From: a virus
Lineage: Duplodnaviria; Caudoviricetes
DNA length: 56,846 nt
Virus record (IMG/VR): IMGVR_UViG_3300032046_003054
Location: 1 to 56,846 of that record
Direction: 5' to 3' (one strand)
Below are positions 48,315-56,846 of the stretch, one piece after another (the stretch's first letter is position 1; each line of letters opens with the position of its first letter). Below the pieces are notes generated by a model, which was not told the origin of the DNA, searched no databases, and worked only from the letters and a program-made list of their open reading frames with translations. Made by a program: the position numbers and the translations under genes.

Positions 48315-48911
48315 TTAAACAGACAAGATTCTGTGCATATCAAGTATATTTGTAATCCCCAATGCCTGTGCCTTGCTTGAGACATCTGAATAAGAAACTG
48401 AATATTCCCCCAGCCTTTCCTGCGTTACATCCCCGCTAGTTATATTGTAATCCTCCAAGATTTCTGCAACAAGTTTTGTCGCCGCCAATTCTATATCCGC
48501 AGGAACCGTTACCGAATTACCGAATGTGCCCGTAATCTTGACATTCTGATGTCCCGTCGGAAAAATGCCGATAGGTGCATTGTCCAGATTTATAATAATC
48601 TTCTGCTTTGGGGTCTCATTTGCTGGCTCAAGATAGTATTCATTTGCATTGTCCAAGGTGTAATCCACATTCCCGTCTTCATCCAGTATCTCTATTTTGC
48701 TTACCGTCAAAATATCATCAACAAGCAAAATTTTTGTCCCATCCCCATCATAAAGTTTTGATGTCGCACTTTCCTGCTCAAATTCCCTGCCACAATATGT
48801 ATTTATAAAATTCGTAACCGAAGATATGAAATCCGTGAGGGAAGTCAAGGGACTGGGCAGAGCCGACAATCCAAGATAAGCAAGAACCTTAGATTGGGTT
48901 GTATATGGCAT
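48315..48911 (-). CDS. Head-tail connector (adaptor)
   Basis: INTYCGR.F, YDGDG, VPADIELA, ERLGEYSVSY. Confidence 0.85.
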   Translation of the reverse strand: MPYTTQSKVLAYLGLSALPSPLTSLTDFISSVTNFINTYCGREFEQESATSKLYDGDGTKILLVDDILTVSKIEILDEDGNVDYTLDNANEYYLEPANETPKQKIIINLDNAPIGIFPTGHQNVKITGTFGNSVTVPADIELAATKLVAEILEDYNITSGDVTQERLGEYSVSYSDVSSKAQALGITNILDMHRILSV

Positions 48912-48913
48912 AA

Positions 48914-49126
48914 TTATAATTCTTTAATTTTATATTTTTTTCTACCAGTGGTTCTCATCATTTTGTCCGCAGGTGCTTTTTCAAAGTTCGTGTTCTGGTA
49001 GGTATTCTCGTTAAATAAAACTGCTGTCCCGCTGTCAATAAGACCGTGGACTATATTATTATCAAATACGTCAATGTCTCCAACATTCTTGTCCTTCCAA
49101 TTTTTTATAAAAATAACTTTTTTCAT
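48914..49126 (-). CDS. Small post-capsid protein
   Basis: V.FIK....GDI.....LIDSG.A, APADKM. Confidence 0.6.
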   Translation of the reverse strand: MKKVIFIKNWKDKNVGDIDVFDNNIVHGLIDSGTAVLFNENTYQNTNFEKAPADKMMRTTGRKKYKIKEL

Positions 49127-49252
49127 CTTTGATTAACCCCCTAAAACGTTCATTTAACGCCCTAATTACTCGCTATGGGGGTTTTCTCTATTTTCGGGGG
49201 AAAAGGTGCGGTTGAAGACATCAGCCTCCCAAATCCCCCGAAAAATCAATCT

Positions 49253-49824
49253 TTACGGAATTGAACTCAATTTTCGCATAGCCGCTTCAAGTACACAAGT
49301 ACCACCAATACGTTCCACAACTCTGATTCCGACCTGGTCATACTCCCATGCCGTCCCCGCCTCCCCTGACACAGTAACAGTGATGGTCTTTCGGTCGCCA
49401 AGCCAGTATCCCAGCTTAAAGTCCCCGAAATAAATCTCGTCATCTCCAATCCAGTTATTTTCAATAACAGGATAGCCCTGAACCGTGGCTGGCTGTCCAG
49501 CGGACATAGGTTCTTGCCAGATGTATCTGTTATTACTATCCTTCACCTTTCTCAAATCTCTGATGTTAGAATTATTCGCCAGAATTATGGCATTCTTCCT
49601 GTATTTAGCAGGAAGTGCATAAATCAGGTCAATAACATCATCAAAATCAAGAAGTCCTGAACAGGTCACGGCTGTGATAGAACAATTAGCCAAACCAGTT
49701 GGTTGACCAGTGCCAGAACCTCGAGTGATAACCCTATCTTCTTCCTCTCTTAATGCTTCAGAAAACAAACCGATAATTAGTTGGGTGATATTGTAATCAT
49801 AAGCATCCTCAATCAATTCTTCTG
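49253..49824 (-). CDS. Major capsid protein (HK97 fold), exon 2
   Basis: SEELIEDA after splicing, GSGTGQPTG, KDSNNRYIW, FGDF; spliced product 386 aa. Confidence 0.92.
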
Positions 49825-50775
49825 CATTTATGTTATCGTAAGAGTTTTTTATCTCCTACTTCTCTATGTCTCCATAGAGGTCGGCATACATCATCTCCTG
49901 TTCTTTAAAAATTTATACACATTAGTTTAGAAAACTTTTCAATAAAGTATTTCCTGTTTTTTAAGGCATTTGATTTGTTGTGGCAAAGTGAACAAAGCGT
50001 AATTAGGTGGTTCGGTTCAATATCTTTCTTGTCATAAAAAATATGATGGACTGGGAAAGCCTTCTCTTCCTTTTTCCATTCCCTTTGGCAATTCCTGCAA
50101 GTATGATTATCTCTTTCTCTGATAAATTCCTTTAACCTTTCATCAAATCCGAAATTATATGGGAACTTTGAACTTCCCCCATTCCAATTTGGATTCTTCT
50201 CTTTCGCCAAGAATGGCTTATCTTTATTCCAAGGAATTCTACCGCTCATATTTTTTCTCGTCTCATCAGAAGCCTTTCTACCTATCGCCTTTATCCTTAT
50301 AATTTCCTTTGCTTTTGCAGAATGTTTTCTTCCCCACATAGGATTTTTCCTTCCAAATCTTGCACTTCCATACATTCCATTTTTAATCCCCAATTGAACC
50401 CCAAGTTTTGGATTTTCTTTTCTTCTCTTCACCATAGCATCGCTCAATTTCTTTCTTGTGTTTTCTGATATTGGTATTAACTTTCTAATTTTCCAAGCCT
50501 CTTTAAGCCTTCTTTTATGCTCTTCGGAGAATGTTTTTTTGGTTATCTTTTTCATAACCTTATTTTATACCTTTCCGAAGAGGTTGTCAATAATGTGTTT
50601 AAATTTTTAAAGAACAGAAGGACGGTTTTCGTGGGGATATTATTGTCCCATAAGGACTCAATCCCTATGCTCTACACCTTTCAAACCATTGCTGGTCTGA
50701 GTTGGCTCGGTATTGTCCATCTTGAAAGATGGGTGTCCACCGAATTTACCGCCTTTTTTATGCCCCAGATAATTA
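49825..50775 (-). mobile_element. Group I intron (951 nt) in the major capsid gene
   Basis: P1 UAUGCCU/GGGCAUA with U-G at the 5' splice site; terminal G; core-like AATTCGGTGGACACC...ATACCGAGCCAA; splicing restores KVAAILYASEELIED. Confidence 0.9.
49905..50555 (-). CDS. Intron-encoded NUMOD3-HNH homing endonuclease
   Basis: NPMWGRKHS, IRERD..C..C, VHHIFYDK...LITLCSLCH; own promoter TTGACA-N17-TAAAAT at 50562-50590. Confidence 0.92.
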   Translation of the reverse strand: MKKITKKTFSEEHKRRLKEAWKIRKLIPISENTRKKLSDAMVKRRKENPKLGVQLGIKNGMYGSARFGRKNPMWGRKHSAKAKEIIRIKAIGRKASDETRKNMSGRIPWNKDKPFLAKEKNPNWNGGSSKFPYNFGFDERLKEFIRERDNHTCRNCQREWKKEEKAFPVHHIFYDKKDIEPNHLITLCSLCHNKSNALKNRKYFIEKFSKLMCINF

Positions 50776-51364
50776 AGGCATACAATATCGCTGCCACCTT
50801 ATAAGCGGTCAGCGTCTTCTGATAGAATTCAGCGGAAGTTGTAGTCTTTTGCGTATTCTCAGCAGTCCAATAAACCTTCGGCTTTGCGGTTAATGAAGGG
50901 ATATTCATTGACACCCTCAACATCGGAACAACCCTAACCAGACTCCTCATCGTGTTCGGCTCTTCCAAATCACGGATAAGTTCCGCCCTAAACTCGGTGG
51001 GTACCAAGTAACCGCCATCGGCTGAAGTCCCCTCTGACAATGCTTTTAAGGCAACCCTATCTTTCTGGCAGAGTGCTGTGAAGAACCCTACAATCTTCTG
51101 CTCCTTCGTCAGGGCATTGACATCATCTTTGCTCACATCTTCCTTGCCAAAGATTTTTGTCATAAGGGTTGTGTCTTTCCTTGAAGTTTTCATCTGTTCA
51201 AGCATTGTCTTGATTTTATTCAAGCCCAAGCTTTTTTCAATCTTGGAAGTCAGTTTCTCAACTTCCTCGTCCAGTCCTTTTTCTGCATCAGGCTCTTTTT
51301 CTGGCTCTTTCTCTGGTTCTTTTTCAGGTTCTTTTTCTGGGTCTACTTTTTCTTCATCAATCAT
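50776..51364 (-). CDS. Major capsid protein, exon 1
   Basis: KALSEGTSADGGYLVPTEF, WTAE; PEKE tetrapeptide repeats at the N-terminus. Confidence 0.92.
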
Positions 51365-52437
51365 AAATTTTCTTTATTTTTCAATAAATCGTTAATAATT
51401 TTATCTACATTTTGTAGAGCCCGCACTGTAATTCGGTTCTTCCGTGATTTATGTGCCTCCTCCCTGCGACCTTGAAGCGATTTGCCTTCTCCGTTGTCCA
51501 AGGGCTTGTTTGCCAACTGGCGTAAGTCTCTTAAAACGGAAACCGCATTTTTCATTGAAGTAATAGCATCATCTATCGCTCCCAATGTTTTATCAGATAA
51601 AACTCTCCCTTCTTTTTCTATATCTTCTATCTTTTCATCTTTTTCAATTTCTTTTTGTTTCTCCGAAGCAGGTTCAAAGCTTCCATCGTGTGAACTGCAA
51701 TGGCTTTTCGCACTATCGGCTGTCCAGACATCTTTATCATATCTCATCGCCTGTATCTCCGCCTTGTCATCTTTTATCCCATAGATTACATCAATACATT
51801 TTCCATCGTGTTTGATTTCACAATTCTTTCTGGCAAACCTATCATATTTATCAGGACTATTTAATCTACAAGAATGTTCATTTGGGTATGGTTTAATATC
51901 CATTATTTCTTCCAAATCCTTATTGCATTCAGGACATTCTTTATTCATTTTATCAAGCCATTTGATAATCTCTTTTTCATTATCAGGGCTATAACTTTTA
52001 GCCGCTAACATTAAAGCTTCAGCATTTGCTGGAACAGGAACAGCTGAAATTTCAAGCAACTCCTGTTTCGCAATAATATGTCTATCCTGCTCATCAAACT
52101 GCAACGGAATAAATCCGACAGACCAAGCTTTCATAATTGGCGGTTCTGCCATAAACATCGCTTTTATCTCTCTGGCAAGTTGAGTGATTTCATGGAATAT
52201 CGGTTCAAAAACAAGTTGATTATTTTGAATTTTAATATTCTTGGCATAACCGATTGGAGGCTCATCATATTTGTGGGCAAACAAAAGAATGGGATTTTTC
52301 TTGAAATTTTTCAAATCCCAACCATCCACCTTGACAACATCGCCAACCCTGTCCTTGGTATCTGTTGAAGCAATAGCTAAAAGTTTTTCTCCAACCTTTT
52401 CTGTTAATGCCTCTATTTCCCTTTTTATATTTTCCAT
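51361..52437 (-). CDS. HK97-family prohead protease with extra C-terminal domains
   Basis: DRVGD, NPILLFAH..PPIG, WSVGF, ELLEISAVPVPAN; PYPNEHSCRL domain; EGRVLS. Confidence 0.93.
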   Translation of the reverse strand: MENIKREIEALTEKVGEKLLAIASTDTKDRVGDVVKVDGWDLKNFKKNPILLFAHKYDEPPIGYAKNIKIQNNQLVFEPIFHEITQLAREIKAMFMAEPPIMKAWSVGFIPLQFDEQDRHIIAKQELLEISAVPVPANAEALMLAAKSYSPDNEKEIIKWLDKMNKECPECNKDLEEIMDIKPYPNEHSCRLNSPDKYDRFARKNCEIKHDGKCIDVIYGIKDDKAEIQAMRYDKDVWTADSAKSHCSSHDGSFEPASEKQKEIEKDEKIEDIEKEGRVLSDKTLGAIDDAITSMKNAVSVLRDLRQLANKPLDNGEGKSLQGRREEAHKSRKNRITVRALQNVDKIINDLLKNKENL

Positions 52438-52452
52438 AAATTTTTCAAATCT

Positions 52453-52947
52453 TTATTTATTTAGATTTGATATCTTTAATAATTTTCTAAAATATTTAAT
52501 CCAGTAATTTCTATTACCATTTGTTTTTCCGTGACAAGAATGACATAAGGTTATCAAATTATCTTGATTACAATTTTTCTTATCATAATCTTTATGGTGT
52601 ACATAAACCGCTGGTTCTTTACCACAAACTTGGCAAGTATATTTATCTCGTTTTCTAATAGCTCGTTTCAAATCTATAGTCCAATCTATCGTATATGGCT
52701 CATAAGATAATCCACCTTTCCAATTAGGATTATTCTCACCACTTAATTGGAAACACTTTTTTCCTTTATGCCAAGGAATATTACCATTTTTAAACTCATT
52801 ATTTGGGTGAAATCCTTTTTGAAAACCTTGATTAGGTTTATTTTTTCTACCTTTTGCAAATTGATTTCCTTTCTTAAACTCATTTTTAGGATGATGCCCT
52901 TTCTTGAATAAACTACTATTTCCATTTTTAAATATTCCTCTTGGCAT
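52453..52947 (-). CDS. Free-standing HNH endonuclease
   Basis: FKKG repeats, IRKRDKYTCQVC, VHHKDY..NLITLCHSCH; start reassigned to MPRG downstream of the terminator. Confidence 0.9.
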   Translation of the reverse strand: MPRGIFKNGNSSLFKKGHHPKNEFKKGNQFAKGRKNKPNQGFQKGFHPNNEFKNGNIPWHKGKKCFQLSGENNPNWKGGLSYEPYTIDWTIDLKRAIRKRDKYTCQVCGKEPAVYVHHKDYDKKNCNQDNLITLCHSCHGKTNGNRNYWIKYFRKLLKISNLNK

Positions 52948-52962
52948 ATTATTTCTTTTTTT

Positions 52963-53002
52963 AAAAAAAACCCAAAGATAAGTAATCACTTACCTTCGGG
53001 TC
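52963..53002 (-). terminator. Intrinsic terminator-like hairpin (copy B)
   Basis: GACCCGAAGGTAAGT-GATT-ACTTATCTTTGGGTT followed by U-tract. Confidence 0.8.
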
Positions 53003-53028
53003 CTCCGTCAGGTTTTAGATTAGTTTAT

Positions 53029-53056
53029 TTTATAATTTATTAAAGATGATTGTCAA
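53029..53056 (-). promoter_or_regulatory. Sigma70-type promoter for the head-tail operon
   Basis: TTGACA-N16-TATAAA. Confidence 0.72.
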
Positions 53057-53063
53057 TACCTTA

Positions 53064-53279
53064 TCATTTTTTCTGAATTAAAATTAAATCTTTATCTATT
53101 TGAATTTGCCCTGTTTGTTTTACAGATTGCACTATCTGATTTACTGCTATATTGAAACCTTGTTGCAACAATTTATTCTTAAGATTTAACCAGCCGAAAT
53201 AATATACATTCCCAATTACCGATGCCAAAACTGCTATGATTGCTATACTTATTAAAATATTGCGTATTATTTTATTCAT
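53064..53279 (-). CDS. Small membrane-anchored protein
   Basis: N-terminal TM segment. Confidence 0.6.
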   Translation of the reverse strand: MNKIIRNILISIAIIAVLASVIGNVYYFGWLNLKNKLLQQGFNIAVNQIVQSVKQTGQIQIDKDLILIQKK

Positions 53280-53367
53280 ATTTTTATGTGTTAATTATTT
53301 TTAAAAATATAGGGGATTAGTCCTTTATGTTCTTGGTTTTATTTTTAACCAATCCCCCTTTTACAAC

Positions 53368-53583
53368 CTATTTTCTTACAGGGATAGTGATGCTTTCGTC
53401 TGGTTCTCCATCTACGGAAAACCATATCGGGTCCGACTTTGGTGGTCTCTGCGGATATTTTCCGCAAAGCACAAAGTTGTGCAAATAGCATCTTCCATAA
53501 TCTCCTCTCTCTTGGCAGATTTTATGGTCGCACAAGACCATTTGAAGGTCGTGCTTCATTCCATTTGTAATTTCCTTTTTCAT
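53368..53583 (-). CDS. Small Cys/His protein
   Basis: 71-aa ORF. Confidence 0.45.
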   Translation of the reverse strand: MKKEITNGMKHDLQMVLCDHKICQERGDYGRCYLHNFVLCGKYPQRPPKSDPIWFSVDGEPDESITIPVRK

Positions 53584-53603
53584 AGGTTGTCTCCTAAAAA
53601 GAA

Positions 53604-53888
53604 CTACTTTGATAATACTCCTTTTATTTCTCCAAGTTTTCCAGATAAATCTGTATGCATATCAGTAATTGCTTTTGTCATTTTATCATTTCCACAATTT
53701 ATTGCTTCCAAAATATCTCCCAAATGATTTTCCCCTATTGCTATTGTGGCGTCGTATTGTTTTTTTTCATAATTATTATCTGGCGGATTATATCTTTTTA
53801 AAACATACTTAAAAAGTTCGTATCCTTTTTCTATGATAAAAATTAAGGCTACGCCAGCAATTCCTAATTGGTATATTTCTAATTCCAT
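53604..53888 (-). CDS. BhlA/XhlA-like single-TM protein (possible holin)
   Basis: QLGIAGVALIFII TM followed by coiled coil. Confidence 0.55.
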   Translation of the reverse strand: MELEIYQLGIAGVALIFIIEKGYELFKYVLKRYNPPDNNYEKKQYDATIAIGENHLGDILEAINCGNDKMTKAITDMHTDLSGKLGEIKGVLSK

Positions 53889-53908
53889 TTTAGTTTATTT
53901 TACTTGTT

Positions 53909-54112
53909 TTAGATTTTGCTTGTATCAACTCCTGCGTCTGTTATCTCTCTTAACTTGGCGTCTATGTCATCAATCTGGGCTTGTAATCTTACTTTATTCG
54001 CTTTTAGACCTTTAACATACATCTCTGTTGCCATAGTCCTTTTTGGCTGTTGTATCGGAGATGGCGTTATCTCTACTTTTGTATTGTCCTCACTTATTTT
54101 TATAATATCCAT
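53909..54112 (-). CDS. Small coiled-coil protein (possible fibre chaperone)
   Basis: 67 aa, directly after the fibre gene. Confidence 0.5.
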   Translation of the reverse strand: MDIIKISEDNTKVEITPSPIQQPKRTMATEMYVKGLKANKVRLQAQIDDIDAKLREITDAGVDTSKI

Positions 54113-54144
54113 ATGTTTTTTATTTAATTATATTAATAATTTTA

Positions 54145-56682
54145 TTACGGAAGCAAACCCAGTAAATCAATTAAATTCTGTTCTGTTAATGTTGTCGAAC
54201 CGATTACAATACTTCCCGCTGATGTTGTTATGTTTCCCGTGACATCAACATTCCCTGTAAACAAACTATTTCCTACCGCATTTATGGCGTAAGTTCCGTC
54301 TGCTAAACCAACTGAATCACCGAAGCCTACAAAATATCCTGCTTTTGTATTTGCATCATCTCCTAATATTGCCTGATAAGTTGAACCAAATGTTCCTTTG
54401 CCTGTGGTAATTATATCTCCATTGCCATAAATCGTCAGAACATCAGTTGCCCAATTTCTCCACACAGCCAAAACTCCAGTAGTGCCTATACTACTTACTC
54501 CTGTTGTTCCATTCCATTTCCCGCCCCTGAATACCATTGTCGGTTGTGTCGCTCCGGGAGAAGCCGTTCCTATCACTCCCCCCATCAATAGTGGAACGGT
54601 AGTCGCTGTCGTATCGCTTCCTGTAAAACCTGTTATTTGCATCCCGCCTTTAGTTGCCCCCGTCGCAGTAACATCTATATAACCGACTGTATTAGTATCA
54701 ATAGTATTTACATTCCATACTCCTGTATAATTTGGTATCGTAGTCCCTATGTCCCGTCTTACGATTGACGACCTCGGAGAAGACAAGTTTCCGCTTATCT
54801 GAAGTGGATGAACCATACCTGTATTTGGAGTTGAGCCTATATATTCTGTGGGAACAACGATATTTCCTACAAAAGTCGCAAGACCCGCCTCATCAATCGT
54901 AAGTTGTAATGTAGGCGTTCCGCTGTTTGTAGTCCAGAACTTTAATCCGCTATCCGTATCCGCTTCGGTTGTGGCGTGAAACCAGTCGCTTACCTTATAT
55001 GCTGAAATCTTTGCGGCTTCGTGGAGTGATACTACCGAGTTGATACTTTGAGTGAGATTGAATACAAGGTCGGAGGTCTGTGCTACTTGTCCTGTTAATG
55101 GAGTGAAGTTATTATTAAGGTTTAGTAAGGTAAAAGCGGCATTGCTATTATTTCCTGCGAAAGTGGATACCCCTGCTCCGAGAGTGCCTGTGGTTGTATA
55201 ATTATCAGTTCTACCTGATACCCCAGATAACCAGTATTGTGAGTGGTCATCATCCGTAAGACCTGTCAATACCCCGTGGTCTGTGGCGACATAAGTTCCA
55301 GCAGGTAAGTTTGATACTGTTCTTAAATCTTGTACTTCCTCATAAGGCGTAGCGTCATTTCTTAAAATAACCCTATAAAGAAGTTTCATCTCTTGGTATG
55401 GCAGAGTTCCTAAAGTCAAACTTTCATACTTGTTATTTGTCCTTGCATCAGCGATTGCAGTGTCTTGTCTTTGTCCCATCAACGAAACAATTGGCGTAGT
55501 GGTATCATTAGTGGCGAATATCCAATAAGCAACATATTTATTAGAATCCATAGCGGTTAAGGTATTTCCATTATTATAGTAAAGATTTCCGCCAGAAGTA
55601 TAATAATAAACTGTCTGTCCCGCAAGCCATTTGAAATCCGCCGCACCGTCTTTATAGAGGATGTTGCAGGTTGTCTTTGCTGGGGTAATGGTGTGTTCTA
55701 AATCTTCATCATCTATAACGCCTAAAGCTATTGAGAAAGTAGTATCTCCGAAAGTTCCAGCCAAACCACTTTCGTATCTTGTGCCTACGGTATTATGTAA
55801 AAGATGGTGAGTATCCCCGTCCATCTTAATCCCGTGGCGTTCCTCACCTAAAAGACCCTTATCAGTCACCGTGTTATAATAGACTGTGGCTATTAAAGGC
55901 AACGCAAACGAGGGAATAGAAGTTGCCTGTGAAAGAACTCCAGAGGCATTATAGTAAACCCAATTCATTCCCGTTGCGTCATCTATTGTAATTGAAGTGG
56001 TAGTCTTGGAAGTCTTAACTCCATTGATATAAATATCATGATTGCCTGTGATGGTAAACACTCTTGTAGCGTCTACGAAACTTAATGTTGCAGTTCTATC
56101 CACAAATCCAGATGGTTCAGTCATTGCGGTAAAGACTGTAGGTATTACTACTGAGCCGAATGTCCCTGTGCCTGTGGTGAGAAAGTCAAACGTCCCTGTC
56201 TTGTTGCCTGTGATATCAATCTGGTCTTCATCAATAATCCAGTATGAACTTGACTCTGCTTCTAGCCATACACCTGACATGAACTCCCAAAGGATATAGT
56301 CTAATAAATCCCATAACATCCACCCTTCTTCTGGTGCTTCCTCTACCCATCCACCTTCACCTGTCCATTCATAAATATATCCGTCCGTCCATCCACTTCC
56401 CGACCCATCAGCTCCATATCTGTCTCCCACATCTGGGTCTGCTGGCAGTCCTGTAGATGGGTCATACCATTCTATTATGGGAGGTCTGAACCAATCACAC
56501 TCCAACTCGTCTAGAGTGTTTAATGATTTCTGAACGTTGTCATCAGCAGCACTTAGATTTTTATCAAAAGCAGACGTGTCTGTTCTAATACGTGCCGCTA
56601 AGGGGTCAGCAGCATATACATTCTGACCAAAAATGAGTAGAGAGCATAAAAGAACCGCTATTGCTTGATATATTCGCACCAT
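54145..56682 (-). CDS. Secreted fibre-like protein, 845 aa (N-terminal ~250 aa possibly from a variant genome)
   Basis: Signal peptide MVRIYQAIAVLLCSLLIFGQNVYA; DHGVLTGLTDDDHSQY; T/G-rich beta repeats. Confidence 0.7.
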   Translation of the reverse strand: MVRIYQAIAVLLCSLLIFGQNVYAADPLAARIRTDTSAFDKNLSAADDNVQKSLNTLDELECDWFRPPIIEWYDPSTGLPADPDVGDRYGADGSGSGWTDGYIYEWTGEGGWVEEAPEEGWMLWDLLDYILWEFMSGVWLEAESSSYWIIDEDQIDITGNKTGTFDFLTTGTGTFGSVVIPTVFTAMTEPSGFVDRTATLSFVDATRVFTITGNHDIYINGVKTSKTTTSITIDDATGMNWVYYNASGVLSQATSIPSFALPLIATVYYNTVTDKGLLGEERHGIKMDGDTHHLLHNTVGTRYESGLAGTFGDTTFSIALGVIDDEDLEHTITPAKTTCNILYKDGAADFKWLAGQTVYYYTSGGNLYYNNGNTLTAMDSNKYVAYWIFATNDTTTPIVSLMGQRQDTAIADARTNNKYESLTLGTLPYQEMKLLYRVILRNDATPYEEVQDLRTVSNLPAGTYVATDHGVLTGLTDDDHSQYWLSGVSGRTDNYTTTGTLGAGVSTFAGNNSNAAFTLLNLNNNFTPLTGQVAQTSDLVFNLTQSINSVVSLHEAAKISAYKVSDWFHATTEADTDSGLKFWTTNSGTPTLQLTIDEAGLATFVGNIVVPTEYIGSTPNTGMVHPLQISGNLSSPRSSIVRRDIGTTIPNYTGVWNVNTIDTNTVGYIDVTATGATKGGMQITGFTGSDTTATTVPLLMGGVIGTASPGATQPTMVFRGGKWNGTTGVSSIGTTGVLAVWRNWATDVLTIYGNGDIITTGKGTFGSTYQAILGDDANTKAGYFVGFGDSVGLADGTYAINAVGNSLFTGNVDVTGNITTSAGSIVIGSTTLTEQNLIDLLGLLP

Positions 56683-56846
56683 ACCACCTCACCTGTTACT
56701 GGAGCAGACGTCATCGTGAACGTCCCCTCATCTTCATCTGTCTCCGTATAATCAACATCTGGCTGCATAGTCAGTTGGTCTCTATGCACCTTCAATGTTC
56801 CAGCCACATATGGACTTAAGGTAGTAAATATAACCAGAATTCCATT
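56658..56846 (-). CDS. Partial structural-type protein (3' end only)
   Basis: Hand-translated ...FTTLSPYVAGTLKVHRDQLTMQPDVDYTET...FTMTSAP..GEVVWCEYIKQ*. Confidence 0.6.
   Translation of the reverse strand, partial: NGILVIFTTLSPYVAGTLKVHRDQLTMQPDVDYTETDEDEGTFTMTSAPVTGEVVWCEYIKQ

Noticed and set aside
50681-50775. C-terminal LIIWGIKK...PAMV of the 227-aa capsid ORF
   Set aside because: Read-through into intron sequence, not capsid protein
237-56299. Numerous plus-strand ORFs in the track
   Set aside because: Antisense shadows of well-supported minus-strand genes, with no recognisable motifs

Overview
Apparently a complete tailed phage genome (HK97-type head, siphovirus-like tail) with essentially all genes on the minus strand. 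No integrase, polymerase, tRNA or CRISPR array was seen. Bases 1-127 exactly match 55806-55932, so the genome probably closes as a ~55.8 kb circle. Bases 55933-56846 would then be an alternative (variant or chimeric) 5' end of a secreted fibre-like gene. Gene order in the direction of transcription: HNH, protease, capsid (split by a group I intron carrying an HNH), neck, tail and lysis genes; early and replication genes; an array of tiny ORFs joined by repeated junctions and structured RNAs; a ParB/radical-SAM/glycosyltransferase/methylase block; terminase; a ~15 kb glycan-biosynthesis island that includes IF-1; a portal-MuF fusion; and a LysM fibre. Leaders are A/T-rich and lack Shine-Dalgarno motifs, suggesting a Patescibacteria- or Bacteroidota-like host (inference only). 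The best novel candidates are (1) a probable 11-nt translational bypass in a GT4 gene, (2) two covarying promoter-motif-terminator leaders gating the head genes, beside a small DUF2292-like gene, and (3) the repeat-delimited gene-cassette array with its structured RNAs. All calls come from reading motifs by eye; no searches were run.
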